A stretch of DNA of 64,000 nt from Oceanispirochaeta sp. Lineage in GTDB: Bacteria; Spirochaetota; Spirochaetia; DSM-2461. The notes beneath the pieces are model-generated. The model worked only from the letters and a program-made list of their open reading frames with translations. It made no database searches and had not been told where the DNA came from. Every line of letters starts with the position of its first letter. Position 1 is the first letter of the stretch. The position numbers and the translations under genes were made by a program. The DNA lies in the NCBI GenBank assembly GCA_963666275.2, contig CAXXOA010000002.1, positions 256,001 to 320,000 of the forward strand. Direction: 5' to 3'. Shown in pieces: positions 30,039-39,650 of the stretch.

Positions 30039-30742
30039 TGCTCTGCCGGATAGATCTGCATAATCATTCATGCCTCAGCCCCTGCGGCAGCCTGGAAATG
30101 TCCCCGGCAAGACTGGTGGAAGAAGCCGGAAAAAAGGGCATACAGCTGCTGGCTTTAACCGATCATAACGCTGTGGACAATCTTCCGGCCTTTGATGTGT
30201 GCTGCCGGAAATCCGGAATAACACCTGTGTTCGGCCTGGAAGTGACAGGCCGGGAGGAAGCCCATCTGCTCTGTCTGTTCGGAGATCTGAAATCCGCCAT
30301 GGAATTCGGCTATTTCATCTACGAAGACCTTGCCGCGATCATGAATGATCCCGAAACCATGGGAGACCAGATCATTGTGGACGAAGAGGAGAACATCCTG
30401 GGGGAGCTGGATAAATTCCTGATCGGGGGAGCCGTTGAATACTCCATAGAAGAACTGATCCCCATGGTACATCAGAAAAATGGCCTGTTCATACCGGCCC
30501 ATATCGACCGTCCCGCCTTCAGTATGGCCAGCCAGCTGGGATTTCTCCCGGACAACGACTATGATGCGGTGGAAGTGATGCACCGCCCCTGTGAACTGAA
30601 CAGACAGGGCTATCCGGAAATCATAGGAACCGACGCCCACTATCCCGGGAACGTGGGGGAGCGGAGCTTTACCGCCGACCTGGATGAACCGACCTTTGAG
30701 GCCTTCAGGGAGTATCTCAAGAAAAGAAAAAAAGAATTTTAG
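30038..30742 (+). CDS. PHP-domain phosphoesterase
   Basis: DLHNHSCLSPC, ALTDHN, PAHIDR, TDAH. Confidence 0.92.
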   Translation: MLCRIDLHNHSCLSPCGSLEMSPARLVEEAGKKGIQLLALTDHNAVDNLPAFDVCCRKSGITPVFGLEVTGREEAHLLCLFGDLKSAMEFGYFIYEDLAAIMNDPETMGDQIIVDEEENILGELDKFLIGGAVEYSIEELIPMVHQKNGLFIPAHIDRPAFSMASQLGFLPDNDYDAVEVMHRPCELNRQGYPEIIGTDAHYPGNVGERSFTADLDEPTFEAFREYLKKRKKEF

Positions 30743-30964
30743 AATTTCTCGGGGAATTTTGGATATATTCTGCAAATAACAATATAATTATTAAATGACA
30801 TCTGTTTAATGACAGATACTTTTTCCCGGAAAGGAAGCATAATAAGCTCATCAGGGAAAAAGGGAAAATCCGGGATAAAAAATATTTCGGAAGAAAAAGA
30901 GCAGAAAGGCACTGCTGATCGGTTAAAAAGAGAAGCAGGTCGATAAACCAAGGAGTATGGAAAC

Positions 30965-31528
30965 ATGAAAAGAAGTCTTATTTTGATCGGAGCGATTCTG
31001 ATGATTGTGGGATTGATGGCAGGATGTGCCTCAGGTGATAAAGTAAAAGAAAGAAGAGATATGCCCGAATGGTATCTCAATCCGCCGGTAGCAGAAGATG
31101 TTATTTACGGACTGGGACAGGCAAAACTCTCTTCCGACAGCCTGTCCAGAGATACAGCCATTGCCAGGGCCAGAAAGGACATCGCTCTTCAGGTCAGCGC
31201 CAGAGTACAGACAATGATGACAGACTATGCCCAGGAAGCCGGTGCGGAAGGCAACAGCCAGTCAATTACTTTCATTGAGACAATCACCAAACAGGTTGCG
31301 GATGTGGAACTGAAGGGAACAACAACAGAAGAGGTTTATCCCGCTGTTGACGGCAACTGGTATGCCATGGTGTCCTACCCCAGAAATGCCATGACCGAAG
31401 AAGTATCTGACATTTTCACAAGAAACGAAGATGCTGCCTTTGCCGAGTTTAAAGCGGATCAGGCCCTTGAGAGACTGGAAGCCAGTCTGGAAAATGACCC
31501 CATGAAATCTTCTGCCGGAGGCAACTAG
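30965..31528 (+). CDS. LPP20-family lipoprotein
   Basis: Lipobox MAGC; MPEWYLNPP..IYGLG..A..RAR..IA. Confidence 0.8.
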   Translation: MKRSLILIGAILMIVGLMAGCASGDKVKERRDMPEWYLNPPVAEDVIYGLGQAKLSSDSLSRDTAIARARKDIALQVSARVQTMMTDYAQEAGAEGNSQSITFIETITKQVADVELKGTTTEEVYPAVDGNWYAMVSYPRNAMTEEVSDIFTRNEDAAFAEFKADQALERLEASLENDPMKSSAGGN

Positions 31529-31549
31529 GCAGAACTTAAGCTGCATTTC

Positions 31550-31582
31550 AGGACCACCTCAGCCGGGGTGGTCCTTTTTTTT
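31550..31582 (+). terminator. Intrinsic terminator
   Basis: AGGACCACC/GGTGGTCCT stem plus T-run. Confidence 0.85.
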
Positions 31583-31670
31583 ACAGGATTCGGGAGAGAG
31601 CTTTCATGTTTAAATTGATAATTCACATCATAGGTTATATATTAAAAGTGAACCCCTGAACGAGGTACCG

Positions 31671-32837
31671 ATGAAAAAAACTATTTATCAAATAGCCTTC
31701 TCAACTGTTTTAATTCTGGGAATAGCCGCTACTCCGGTTTTTTCACAGATAACTGCCGAAATAGTGGACCTCTATGGAGAGGTGACAATTTCCAGAAATG
31801 GCGAATTTCTGGATGAATACGATATTGATTACGGAACAGAAATCAAGGCTCATGACATGATCCAGACCGGCCCGGACGGCTATGTTGAGATTTCCGTTGA
31901 AACACCCGTATCTCCCGAAGTAACAGTAAAGGTTCTGGAAAATACAACCCTCTATATGGACCATGCAATCCGGCAGCAGTCTCCCCAGACGACCTTTAAC
32001 GTGCAAAGGGGGGCAATACAGACAAGAGCGGCCGCACTCATTCAGGGGAGCCAGCTGAATGTCAGAACAGACTCTTCCGTGATGGGAGTCAGAGGTACTG
32101 TGTTTTCTGTTGTTACGTCTCCCGATACAGCTCTGCTTGTAACCTGCCGCGAAGGAAAAGTTGCCTGTACGACCGACGGAGAAGACTCCTTTATTCAGCC
32201 GGGAAGCATTTACGAGACCGAGCCGGACGGATCCTTCTCTCTGAAGGAACTGAACCCGGACGATATTGACAGCTATATAGGCCAGTGGCAGCAGGCAAGG
32301 CTCGATGCTTTGATGATCAACGGTGCCGTGTCGCTTGAACACTATGCAAACCTGTATCTGCAGAGCGCCCCCGGATTCCTTGAAACCTTTTCCGAACTGG
32401 ACTCAAAAAGGGAGATCTTCAGAAAATGGGGAGAAATCATCGACAAAGGCGAAACCCTCTCCATGGGAGAAGCCACCAAAGATAAAATATCACTCAGCAA
32501 CGGGATTATCCGTTTAAGATCCCGTCTCCCCATGATGGAGCATACGTTCTATACCCTCTATGACCTGACAAATATTTTTAACGACTCCAGAGAGGTACAG
32601 AATAATCTCTCGGATACCACAGTCAGAACTCTTCAGATTTACGAAAAGAGAAAAAGAGAATTCATGGAGAAAATTACCATGGCCCGGTACTATTTCAAGA
32701 TATTCATTGAAATTGACAAACAGGCATCGGGACAGGGGCTGCTTCCCTCATCGGACCTTATGGAGGATTTCCTTCTTGATGAGCCTCTTTTCATAACACC
32801 CCCTGCCCCGGCAACTCCGGGAAGCACTTATTTTTAA
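31671..32837 (+). CDS. Secreted FecR-domain protein with helical C-terminal region
   Basis: Signal peptide; DMIQTGPDG, VRTDSSVMGVRGTVF, CREGKV. Confidence 0.85.
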   Translation: MKKTIYQIAFSTVLILGIAATPVFSQITAEIVDLYGEVTISRNGEFLDEYDIDYGTEIKAHDMIQTGPDGYVEISVETPVSPEVTVKVLENTTLYMDHAIRQQSPQTTFNVQRGAIQTRAAALIQGSQLNVRTDSSVMGVRGTVFSVVTSPDTALLVTCREGKVACTTDGEDSFIQPGSIYETEPDGSFSLKELNPDDIDSYIGQWQQARLDALMINGAVSLEHYANLYLQSAPGFLETFSELDSKREIFRKWGEIIDKGETLSMGEATKDKISLSNGIIRLRSRLPMMEHTFYTLYDLTNIFNDSREVQNNLSDTTVRTLQIYEKRKREFMEKITMARYYFKIFIEIDKQASGQGLLPSSDLMEDFLLDEPLFITPPAPATPGSTYF

Positions 32838-32863
32838 AAAAAAGCCCGGCAAAACCGGGCTTT
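32836..32863. terminator. Bidirectional terminator
   Basis: A-run AAAGCCCGG/CCGGGCTTT between convergent genes. Confidence 0.8.
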
Positions 32864-32887
32864 CTGATTTATAAAGAGGGAATCCCT

Positions 32888-33997
32888 TTAAACGTTGAAT
32901 TTAAAGAAGATACAGTCTCCGTCTTTGACAAGATATTCTTTCCCTTCTACCCGGAGCTTACCGGCAGATTTGATGGCTCCTTCAGAACCAGCTTCGAAAA
33001 GATCATCACAGTGATACACTTCCGCCTTGATGAAGCCTTTTTCAAAATCTGTATGAATAACACCCGCAGTCTGAGGTGCCTTCATACCCTCATGAAAGGT
33101 CCAGGCTTTATTCTCTTTTCCCCCGACAGTGAAGAAGGTCCGAAGTCCCAGGGTTTTATAGGTTTTCCGGATCAGACGGGAAAGACCGGATTCTTCCAGG
33201 CCTGCCTCCTCAAGGAAGACAGCCCGCTCTTCAGGATCATCCAGAGCGGCAATATCGGCTTCAAGCTTTCCGCAGAGCACAACGACCTCCGCATCTTCCG
33301 CTGCCGCAGCGGTCTGAACCTGTTTAACATAATCCGAAGTGCCGTCAAGACCGTCTTCGTCAACATTACACAGATAGATCTGTTTTTTCAGAGTAATCAG
33401 ATGAAGGTCCGCGATCAGTTTCAGTTCGTCTTCGCTCAGCCCCATGTTCCTGGCAGGTTGGCCTTCTCCCAGATGATCTTTCAGCTTTTCCAGCAGAGGC
33501 TTCATTTTGAGGGCTGTTTCACGGATGGATTTATCTCCGCTTCTTGTAAACCGTTCATTCTTGCTGATCCTGTTTTCCACAGTGGCCATATCTGCCAGAG
33601 CCAGCTCAATATTTATAACTTCAATATCATCCGCAGGACTGATTCTGTTGTCCACATGTACAATATCCGGATTATCGAAACAGCGGACAACATGAACAAT
33701 CATCCCCACTTCCCGAATGTTGGCAAGGAACTTATTTCCCAGCCCTTCCCCTTTGGAGGCTCCTTTGACAAGCCCTGCAATATCCACAAACTCCACCACA
33801 GCGGGGATCACTTTTTCAGCGGGAATCAGTTCGGCAATCCGGTCCAGCCGGGGATCAGGTACACTGACGATACCCACATTGGGATCTATTGTACAAAAGG
33901 GATAATTCGCCGCTTCAGCAGGGGCTGCTGTCAGGGCGGAAAATATTGTGGATTTCCCCACATTGGGGAGTCCCACAATACCGCAATTTAAACTCAT
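32888..33997 (-). CDS. ychF: Redox-regulated ATPase YchF
   Basis: [44 protein letters not shown]-terminus. Confidence 0.97.
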   Translation of the reverse strand: MSLNCGIVGLPNVGKSTIFSALTAAPAEAANYPFCTIDPNVGIVSVPDPRLDRIAELIPAEKVIPAVVEFVDIAGLVKGASKGEGLGNKFLANIREVGMIVHVVRCFDNPDIVHVDNRISPADDIEVINIELALADMATVENRISKNERFTRSGDKSIRETALKMKPLLEKLKDHLGEGQPARNMGLSEDELKLIADLHLITLKKQIYLCNVDEDGLDGTSDYVKQVQTAAAAEDAEVVVLCGKLEADIAALDDPEERAVFLEEAGLEESGLSRLIRKTYKTLGLRTFFTVGGKENKAWTFHEGMKAPQTAGVIHTDFEKGFIKAEVYHCDDLFEAGSEGAIKSAGKLRVEGKEYLVKDGDCIFFKFNV

Positions 33998-34064
33998 TTT
34001 ATTCTCCTAGCAAAAGAGGTAAAACCCTATGGTGTTGCCCTCAATTCCTTATATGTTCGTCTTA

Positions 34065-34250
34065 TCAGGACTTTTTAATACGGGAGGACTCTTTAAAACT
34101 GGGACATTGACGGCCGGTAACTCTCCGGACTTCCATAGACGGCATCCGGGCGGTCTTTACACCGAAGACCCGGCATCCCCGGGGGAAACTCTGATCCCAG
34201 GTCACAAAAAAGTGTTCACACCTGAGACAGTTGGGAGCCCTGCTATCCAC
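34065..34250 (-). CDS. Small four-cysteine protein
   Basis: CxxC-HFFVTWD..FPRGC..FG.K...PS..V....G..C; directly follows DUF5312 gene. Confidence 0.7.
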   Translation of the reverse strand: MDSRAPNCLRCEHFFVTWDQSFPRGCRVFGVKTARMPSMEVRRVTGRQCPSFKESSRIKKS

Positions 34251-34257
34251 AGACAGT

Positions 34258-35790
34258 TTATTCCTCTTTCAGATAGTACTGCATCAGCTGCAGAAAGTAA
34301 TAGATCTTTTTATACAATTCGCTCATAAGATTGGCAAGGGGTTCTTCCCCCATCATCTCAATTTCTTTCCAGTTCACAATTAATTCGTGCTTGGGAGACT
34401 TATAGTCATCAAAACAGCGTTTGAGGTTTTTTCCGATAGTCAGCAGATGCTGAACCGATTCATTGAGGATGGAAGCGGCCTGGCTGTTCACCGTTTTAAG
34501 GACGTTCCTCATGGCATCCACGGCATTCCTGTCCCGGTCAGCCGCCCGGACCAGTCTTTTAAGCTTGGCTCCGTTGTCAGTATCTTCCGCCAGAGACATA
34601 TCAAACTGAAGGAGTTCATCCGTAAGCTTCATGAGCTGATGATAGGATTCAGAAAACTGCTGAGATGCGATATTGGAGGACCATTTCCCTGTGATAAGGA
34701 GTCTGTCCACCAGCTGACGGATTGACCCTTTGTAATAATCCAGAAGGAATGCTTTGAGAAAATTCATGGGGTCGACATAGGCAAACCCGCCGTCCACTTT
34801 CTTGGAAAACGCCATATTGGCTTTTTCTGTATAATTTTTCATCCTGACAACCGAGGTTGTCCCAAAGATATTCACAAGGAGAGAGTCGCGCTGACTCTTT
34901 TTTCTCTCCCCGGCAATTCCCATCAGGGTATTTTCGGCTGTTGTCTTAATTTCAGAGAGATAGTCTTCTACAATTTCATAAGAATAGGTTTCAGGTAAAA
35001 CTTTATAGTCCGGCTTTTCGTCCAGCACTTTGATAATGAGTTCCAGAATCCGGGTTTTTTTGAATTCCTTTACAATCTGCAGGGCTTTTTTCCATCCGTC
35101 CCTGGAGATAACTTCCATATCTCTATACTGGGAGAGAACGGTCAGAATGGAATCCCAGTCCTCACTGTCTTTCACCATGGGGAGGATCAGATCAAAATCC
35201 TTCAGATCATCGACAATATACTCTCCATTAATGCTGTCAAACCGGGGATTGTATTTAAAATCCCTCTCGGGAAGGAGCGAATCGAATTTTTTCAGAAGGA
35301 AATAGTAGTCAAATCGGATAAAATCCTGAATCACCATGAGAGAGCTGTAGAGACTGTTGATTTTTCTGGCCGTGGGAATATCAAAAAAGGTATAGGTCTG
35401 AATCAGTTCCTCTTTGATGCCATCCCTTACATCCTTCAGAGATTTTGCTGCGGCGCATCTTTTCCGGATGTTGTTTTCTGAAAGCCCATCTACCAGAGAT
35501 TTCTGTTCCTCCGTCAGGAAGCTTTCGATTATAATGGCTCTGATTACCTGAGAATCCTTGAGTGACTCAAGCAGAACCTGTGCGGGACCGACTACCTTGT
35601 AAATTTCGTAAAACAGCTTTGCCAGGGCCGGAAGGGCAACATTACCCTTTACCTTGAAATACTTTCCGCGCTTTTTGAGATCTTTTTTGATCTCCTTTAT
35701 AAGGCGTTTTTTTTCCCGTTCCTGATCACCAATTGTCACAAAAAGGCTTAAGAGTTTATCCCAGATGTTACTTGAGTTATTATTGGCCAT
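34258..35790 (-). CDS. DUF5312-like spirochaete protein
   Basis: 510 aa helical; FDYYFLLKKFDS..PE..F.Y.P.F. Confidence 0.7.
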   Translation of the reverse strand: MANNNSSNIWDKLLSLFVTIGDQEREKKRLIKEIKKDLKKRGKYFKVKGNVALPALAKLFYEIYKVVGPAQVLLESLKDSQVIRAIIIESFLTEEQKSLVDGLSENNIRKRCAAAKSLKDVRDGIKEELIQTYTFFDIPTARKINSLYSSLMVIQDFIRFDYYFLLKKFDSLLPERDFKYNPRFDSINGEYIVDDLKDFDLILPMVKDSEDWDSILTVLSQYRDMEVISRDGWKKALQIVKEFKKTRILELIIKVLDEKPDYKVLPETYSYEIVEDYLSEIKTTAENTLMGIAGERKKSQRDSLLVNIFGTTSVVRMKNYTEKANMAFSKKVDGGFAYVDPMNFLKAFLLDYYKGSIRQLVDRLLITGKWSSNIASQQFSESYHQLMKLTDELLQFDMSLAEDTDNGAKLKRLVRAADRDRNAVDAMRNVLKTVNSQAASILNESVQHLLTIGKNLKRCFDDYKSPKHELIVNWKEIEMMGEEPLANLMSELYKKIYYFLQLMQYYLKEE

Positions 35791-35796
35791 GTTCTT

Positions 35797-35825
35797 AATT
35801 TAGGTTAAATTATATGAGCTGTCAA
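35797..35825 (-). promoter_or_regulatory. Sigma70 promoter, probably leaderless
   Basis: Minus strand TTGACA-17-TAAATT, then 6 nt, then ATG 35790. Confidence 0.65.
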
Positions 35826-35877
35826 CGGACAATGAGCAAAGGAACCGGAAGGAGAAGGGAACCTGGGTAAAATTGAT

Positions 35878-36810
35878 TTGGATTTATATTTAAAAGAGCA
35901 GGGATTCTTCCTCACGGGAAACCTGAAAGAGCCTTCGGAACTTATATCCCGGGTAAAAACACAGCTGAATCTCACGGGAGAGCATCAGATTGTGATCGCC
36001 CTTTTCCCCTTTCTGTCTGTCCATGACAATGCCGGACAAGCCGGCAGGATCGCCCCTTTCGCCAGAGCCAACTATTACAGAGAAATCATAAAGAGAATAA
36101 AAAAAGCCATCCACTCATCCCCGGCCCCGCTTTCCCAGCTGCCGAAATCACGATACAGACTCTTCTGCAATTCACAGCTGCCTGAAAAAGCCATGGCTGT
36201 CGAAGCCGGGTTGGGATTCCAGGGAAAGAACAGCCTTCTCATCACAAAAGAGCGGGGAAGCTCCTGCCTGATCGGGGGAGTGATTCTCCCTTCCGGGATA
36301 GATCTGATTTCTCCGGAACCGGCTTCCCCCCTGAAAGGCTGCGGGAGCTGTCGATCCTGCATTGAGGCCTGTCCGACAGGAGCTGTGAGCGAAGAGGGCT
36401 TTGACAGGGAAAAATGTATTCAGAGCTGGACAACAGACAGCCGTCCGGTGCCGGATGAAATAAAAAGCCGATGGGGAAACAGGATCTACGGCTGTACGGC
36501 CTGCCAGGATATATGCCCGTGGAACAGAAAGATCCCGGAGGGCCTGGCGATTTCAAAAGGACAGCTCCCCGGGGAGATCCCCCTGGAGTTTTTTCTCACA
36601 GCAGAAGAGGAGGAAATCCGGGATTATTTCAGAGGAACGACAATGGGAATGAGCTGGCTTAAACCGGCCTTCCTGAAAAGGAATGCCATTCTGTGTGCTG
36701 TTTCTGCTGGCCGCAGAGATCTTCTTCCTCTGATAGAGGCCTTAAGTAACAGCTCCGGGTCCCGAACACTGGAAGAGTGCCGTCAATGGGCTCTGAAGAT
36801 TCTCAGATAA
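35878..36810 (+). CDS. queG: Epoxyqueuosine reductase-like Fe-S protein
   Basis: EK..A..AGLG..GKN, CGSCRSCIEACPTGA, YGCTACQDICPWN, LKRNA; start uncertain. Confidence 0.8.
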   Translation: MDLYLKEQGFFLTGNLKEPSELISRVKTQLNLTGEHQIVIALFPFLSVHDNAGQAGRIAPFARANYYREIIKRIKKAIHSSPAPLSQLPKSRYRLFCNSQLPEKAMAVEAGLGFQGKNSLLITKERGSSCLIGGVILPSGIDLISPEPASPLKGCGSCRSCIEACPTGAVSEEGFDREKCIQSWTTDSRPVPDEIKSRWGNRIYGCTACQDICPWNRKIPEGLAISKGQLPGEIPLEFFLTAEEEEIRDYFRGTTMGMSWLKPAFLKRNAILCAVSAGRRDLLPLIEALSNSSGSRTLEECRQWALKILR

Positions 36811-37306
36811 GTCCGGGACTGGATGAGGTCAGGAGAGTTCCGATCTTCTCCAGTTCAGGCATCCTTCTGAACACAGGGGGCTTCACTTTGTGGGACTCCA
36901 CATCCAACCTGACAACGCTCAGATAAAGATCATTCAGTCTATCCGCCAGGATGTTCAGATTTGCCTTTAAATTATCTGCGGCCATTCCCGCCAGAACCCT
37001 TTCAGAAGCGGAGATATCATTGAATCCCGGATTATTCTTTAAACGGGGAACCACCTGTACACGGGCCTTATATATAAACTGGGCCATTCCGTAGATACCA
37101 TTATAAAGCTCTTCAAATTTATAGCCCTGAGTTTTGTAGAAATCCAGTTTATCTGTAATCCCTTCAATGCCGCTCCTGATTTCATAGGGAAGATCCAGAG
37201 AGATCAGAGCTGATCTTATAAACGAATTGCTCATATTACTGTCGTACTGTTTTTTTAATTCATCTAATTTATCAAATATTTCATAATTGAAAACAGGCAA
37301 ATTCAT
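36803..37306 (-). CDS. Hypothetical protein
   Basis: 167-aa ORF with strong SD GGAGG. Confidence 0.8.
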   Translation of the reverse strand: MNLPVFNYEIFDKLDELKKQYDSNMSNSFIRSALISLDLPYEIRSGIEGITDKLDFYKTQGYKFEELYNGIYGMAQFIYKARVQVVPRLKNNPGFNDISASERVLAGMAADNLKANLNILADRLNDLYLSVVRLDVESHKVKPPVFRRMPELEKIGTLLTSSSPGLI

Positions 37307-37384
37307 ACCTCCTGAAAGACATACCTATTTTAACCTGAAAGTGGTGCAATCAGGAAGATGAAAAAGAAAGGAAAATCAAAAGGA

Positions 37385-38323
37385 TTATTTCCGGTGACAA
37401 CCCTGGAAGGATCCCCGTGAAGACAATTCCTCTTTGAGAAGTTCATAGACCCGGGATTTGTTTAAAAACGCACCGGGAATATCATGCCTCAACCGGGGAG
37501 TATCCGTGGTCAGGCGCATAATGACAGTCTCTTCGGGAAGGATCTCAAGGGCATCCGCCACATACTCCACATGGCGGAAACTGTCGGGAAAAGAGAGCTC
37601 TCCCGCCTGATACTCCGTATACAGAGGAGATCCCGTCGGAATATGGAGGTTATGGAATTTCACACCCTCCGGCTCAAGATCAGCGACATAACGGACCGTG
37701 TCCAGAATCTCTTTCCGGTCCTCTCCCGGAAGCCCGAAAATCAGATGGACAGCCACTTTGATCCCCCTGTCTTTCAGCCTGAAATAGGCCTTTTCAAAGG
37801 TTTTAAGATCGTGTCCCCGGTTGATCCTTTTCAGAGTGGGTTCATGGGCGGACTGAAGCCCCAGTTCCGTCCAAACATCGAAATCAGGAGATTTATAGGA
37901 AGCCAGGAGATCTGCCACCGGCTCTTCCAGACAGTCCGGTCTGGTGGAAACGACAAGTTCAACAAAATTGTCCAGAGAGAGTCCGTGATCATAGATTCTC
38001 CTGAGATCCTCCACCGGAGCCCAGGTACTGGAATAGGCCTGAAAATAGAGGATATATTTTTCCGCACCGTAACGACGCCTCATAACGGCTGCAGATTTCA
38101 GGATCTGATCTTCCATGGTCTGAAAAGTCTCACCGATGTAGGCGGCTCTCACCCCATAGACATCACAATAGGAACAACCGGGAGAGTCCCTGTTTTCCCC
38201 TCTGTTTGGACAGGAAAATCCTCCGTCCACACCTATACGGTAGACGGTTTCCCCGTACTTGTCCTTTAAATACTGACTGTACTGTCTGAATAACACCGCT
38301 CTATTATCCTTATGCCTTCCCAT
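37385..38323 (-). CDS. TIGR01212/YhcC-family radical SAM protein
   Basis: GFSCPNR...GCSYC, YFQAYS, TRPDC, ELGLQS, INRGH; start revised. Confidence 0.9.
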   Translation of the reverse strand: MGRHKDNRAVLFRQYSQYLKDKYGETVYRIGVDGGFSCPNRGENRDSPGCSYCDVYGVRAAYIGETFQTMEDQILKSAAVMRRRYGAEKYILYFQAYSSTWAPVEDLRRIYDHGLSLDNFVELVVSTRPDCLEEPVADLLASYKSPDFDVWTELGLQSAHEPTLKRINRGHDLKTFEKAYFRLKDRGIKVAVHLIFGLPGEDRKEILDTVRYVADLEPEGVKFHNLHIPTGSPLYTEYQAGELSFPDSFRHVEYVADALEILPEETVIMRLTTDTPRLRHDIPGAFLNKSRVYELLKEELSSRGSFQGCHRK

Positions 38324-38360
38324 ATTGACAACCCGCCGGGACTCTCCTACATTCTTATTG

Positions 38361-39569
38361 ATGAGAAAAATCCTACTGTTCCTGTCCATTCTAATGCTTC
38401 TGATTTCCTGTTCAGGAGAAAATCCCCGGATCCTGATTTACTCGGACCTTCCGGAAGCCGTCATTCTGGCGGACCTTTTCAATTCCGAAGGGAATGGTTA
38501 TACCGCCCAGATCATAAACATAGACCGGAGCGGAATGACAGAAGAGCTGCCCGAAGCAGATCTGGTTATAAGCCGTGATATCCATGCTCCTGACTATATG
38601 AATACATTTCTCAATCTCAATTCTCTGAGGGCAGAAGAGTTTGTCACAAGCATCTATCCTGAAATACTGCTTTCCTGTATCTATAATACCGAGCTGAAAC
38701 TGATTCCTCTCGCCATTGATCTCCCCGTGGTCCTTGAAAAGGAGTCCTCTTCCGGAGGAGATCGCAAGTTTGCCGACTGGGATGAACTGTCTCTCATAAC
38801 AGAAGACTTTAATACCTTCGATGAAGAAGCATTGACCCGTGCTGGATTTTCCCCTCTCTGGTCGGATGAATTTCTCACAGCCTATCTTTCCTCTGAGACA
38901 TCCGATTACGAGACTCTTTTCAGATCCCCCTCCGAAGAATTCCTTCCCGCGGTGAACCAGCTCCGAGAGTGGATCAATGAATATAACGCGGGGCCGGAAA
39001 GGATTCAGGCTTTTAATGAAAAGTACATGTATATCCCCGATTACAGGCTTATTTCCGGAAACCGGATCGCCTTCTCCGTAAGAAACCTGACAGAGACGAT
39101 GCTCCTCCCGGATCAGGTTCGGAATACCCTTTCATTCCGTTATTTTGCACCGGGGAACCGCCTTCAGATCAGCAGTCTTGTTTCTGCAGGAATACCGGGA
39201 AACACAGGCAACAGGGAGGGCGCACTGGCATTCCTACAGTGGATGATGAACAAACAGACATGGGATGACTACTACAACAGAGTGATTATGAACAGAGACC
39301 GGATTTTTGCCTTTAGCGGTATTTCCTCCAGTCTTATGGTCAACGAGGAAGTCCTGATCAGCATTTACCCTGAATTGAAAAACCGCATTCCCTATCCTGG
39401 AGAGTTCGCGCGGGTCCCCACCATTGTCTCCCAGTGGGGCAAAGTCAGAAACGAGGTCCTTCTACCCTTCTACAGACGGGCATTAATCAGTGAAAATTCG
39501 ATCAGCGGGCTCAGTGAAGAGTATGAAAAATGGGGTCTTCTCAATCCGGAACCCTGGCTTTCAGAATAA
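38361..39569 (+). CDS. Lipoprotein resembling a solute-binding protein
   Basis: MRKILL...LISC lipobox; IPLAIDLP, AGI, ALAFLQWM; preceded by TTGACA-17-TACATT. Confidence 0.7.
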   Translation: MRKILLFLSILMLLISCSGENPRILIYSDLPEAVILADLFNSEGNGYTAQIINIDRSGMTEELPEADLVISRDIHAPDYMNTFLNLNSLRAEEFVTSIYPEILLSCIYNTELKLIPLAIDLPVVLEKESSSGGDRKFADWDELSLITEDFNTFDEEALTRAGFSPLWSDEFLTAYLSSETSDYETLFRSPSEEFLPAVNQLREWINEYNAGPERIQAFNEKYMYIPDYRLISGNRIAFSVRNLTETMLLPDQVRNTLSFRYFAPGNRLQISSLVSAGIPGNTGNREGALAFLQWMMNKQTWDDYYNRVIMNRDRIFAFSGISSSLMVNEEVLISIYPELKNRIPYPGEFARVPTIVSQWGKVRNEVLLPFYRRALISENSISGLSEEYEKWGLLNPEPWLSE

Positions 39570-39588
39570 AACGATAACATGAAATAAT

Positions 39589-39617
39589 TTGACAGATGAA
39601 TAAAATCATACTAGGAT
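39589..39617 (+). promoter_or_regulatory. Sigma70 promoter
   Basis: TTGACA-17-TAGGAT. Confidence 0.65.
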
Positions 39618-39650
39618 AGCTACTATAAAATAATCCCATGGAGGTATTCT

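Noticed and set aside
33011..33991. 326-aa antisense ORF
   Set aside because: Shadow of ychF.
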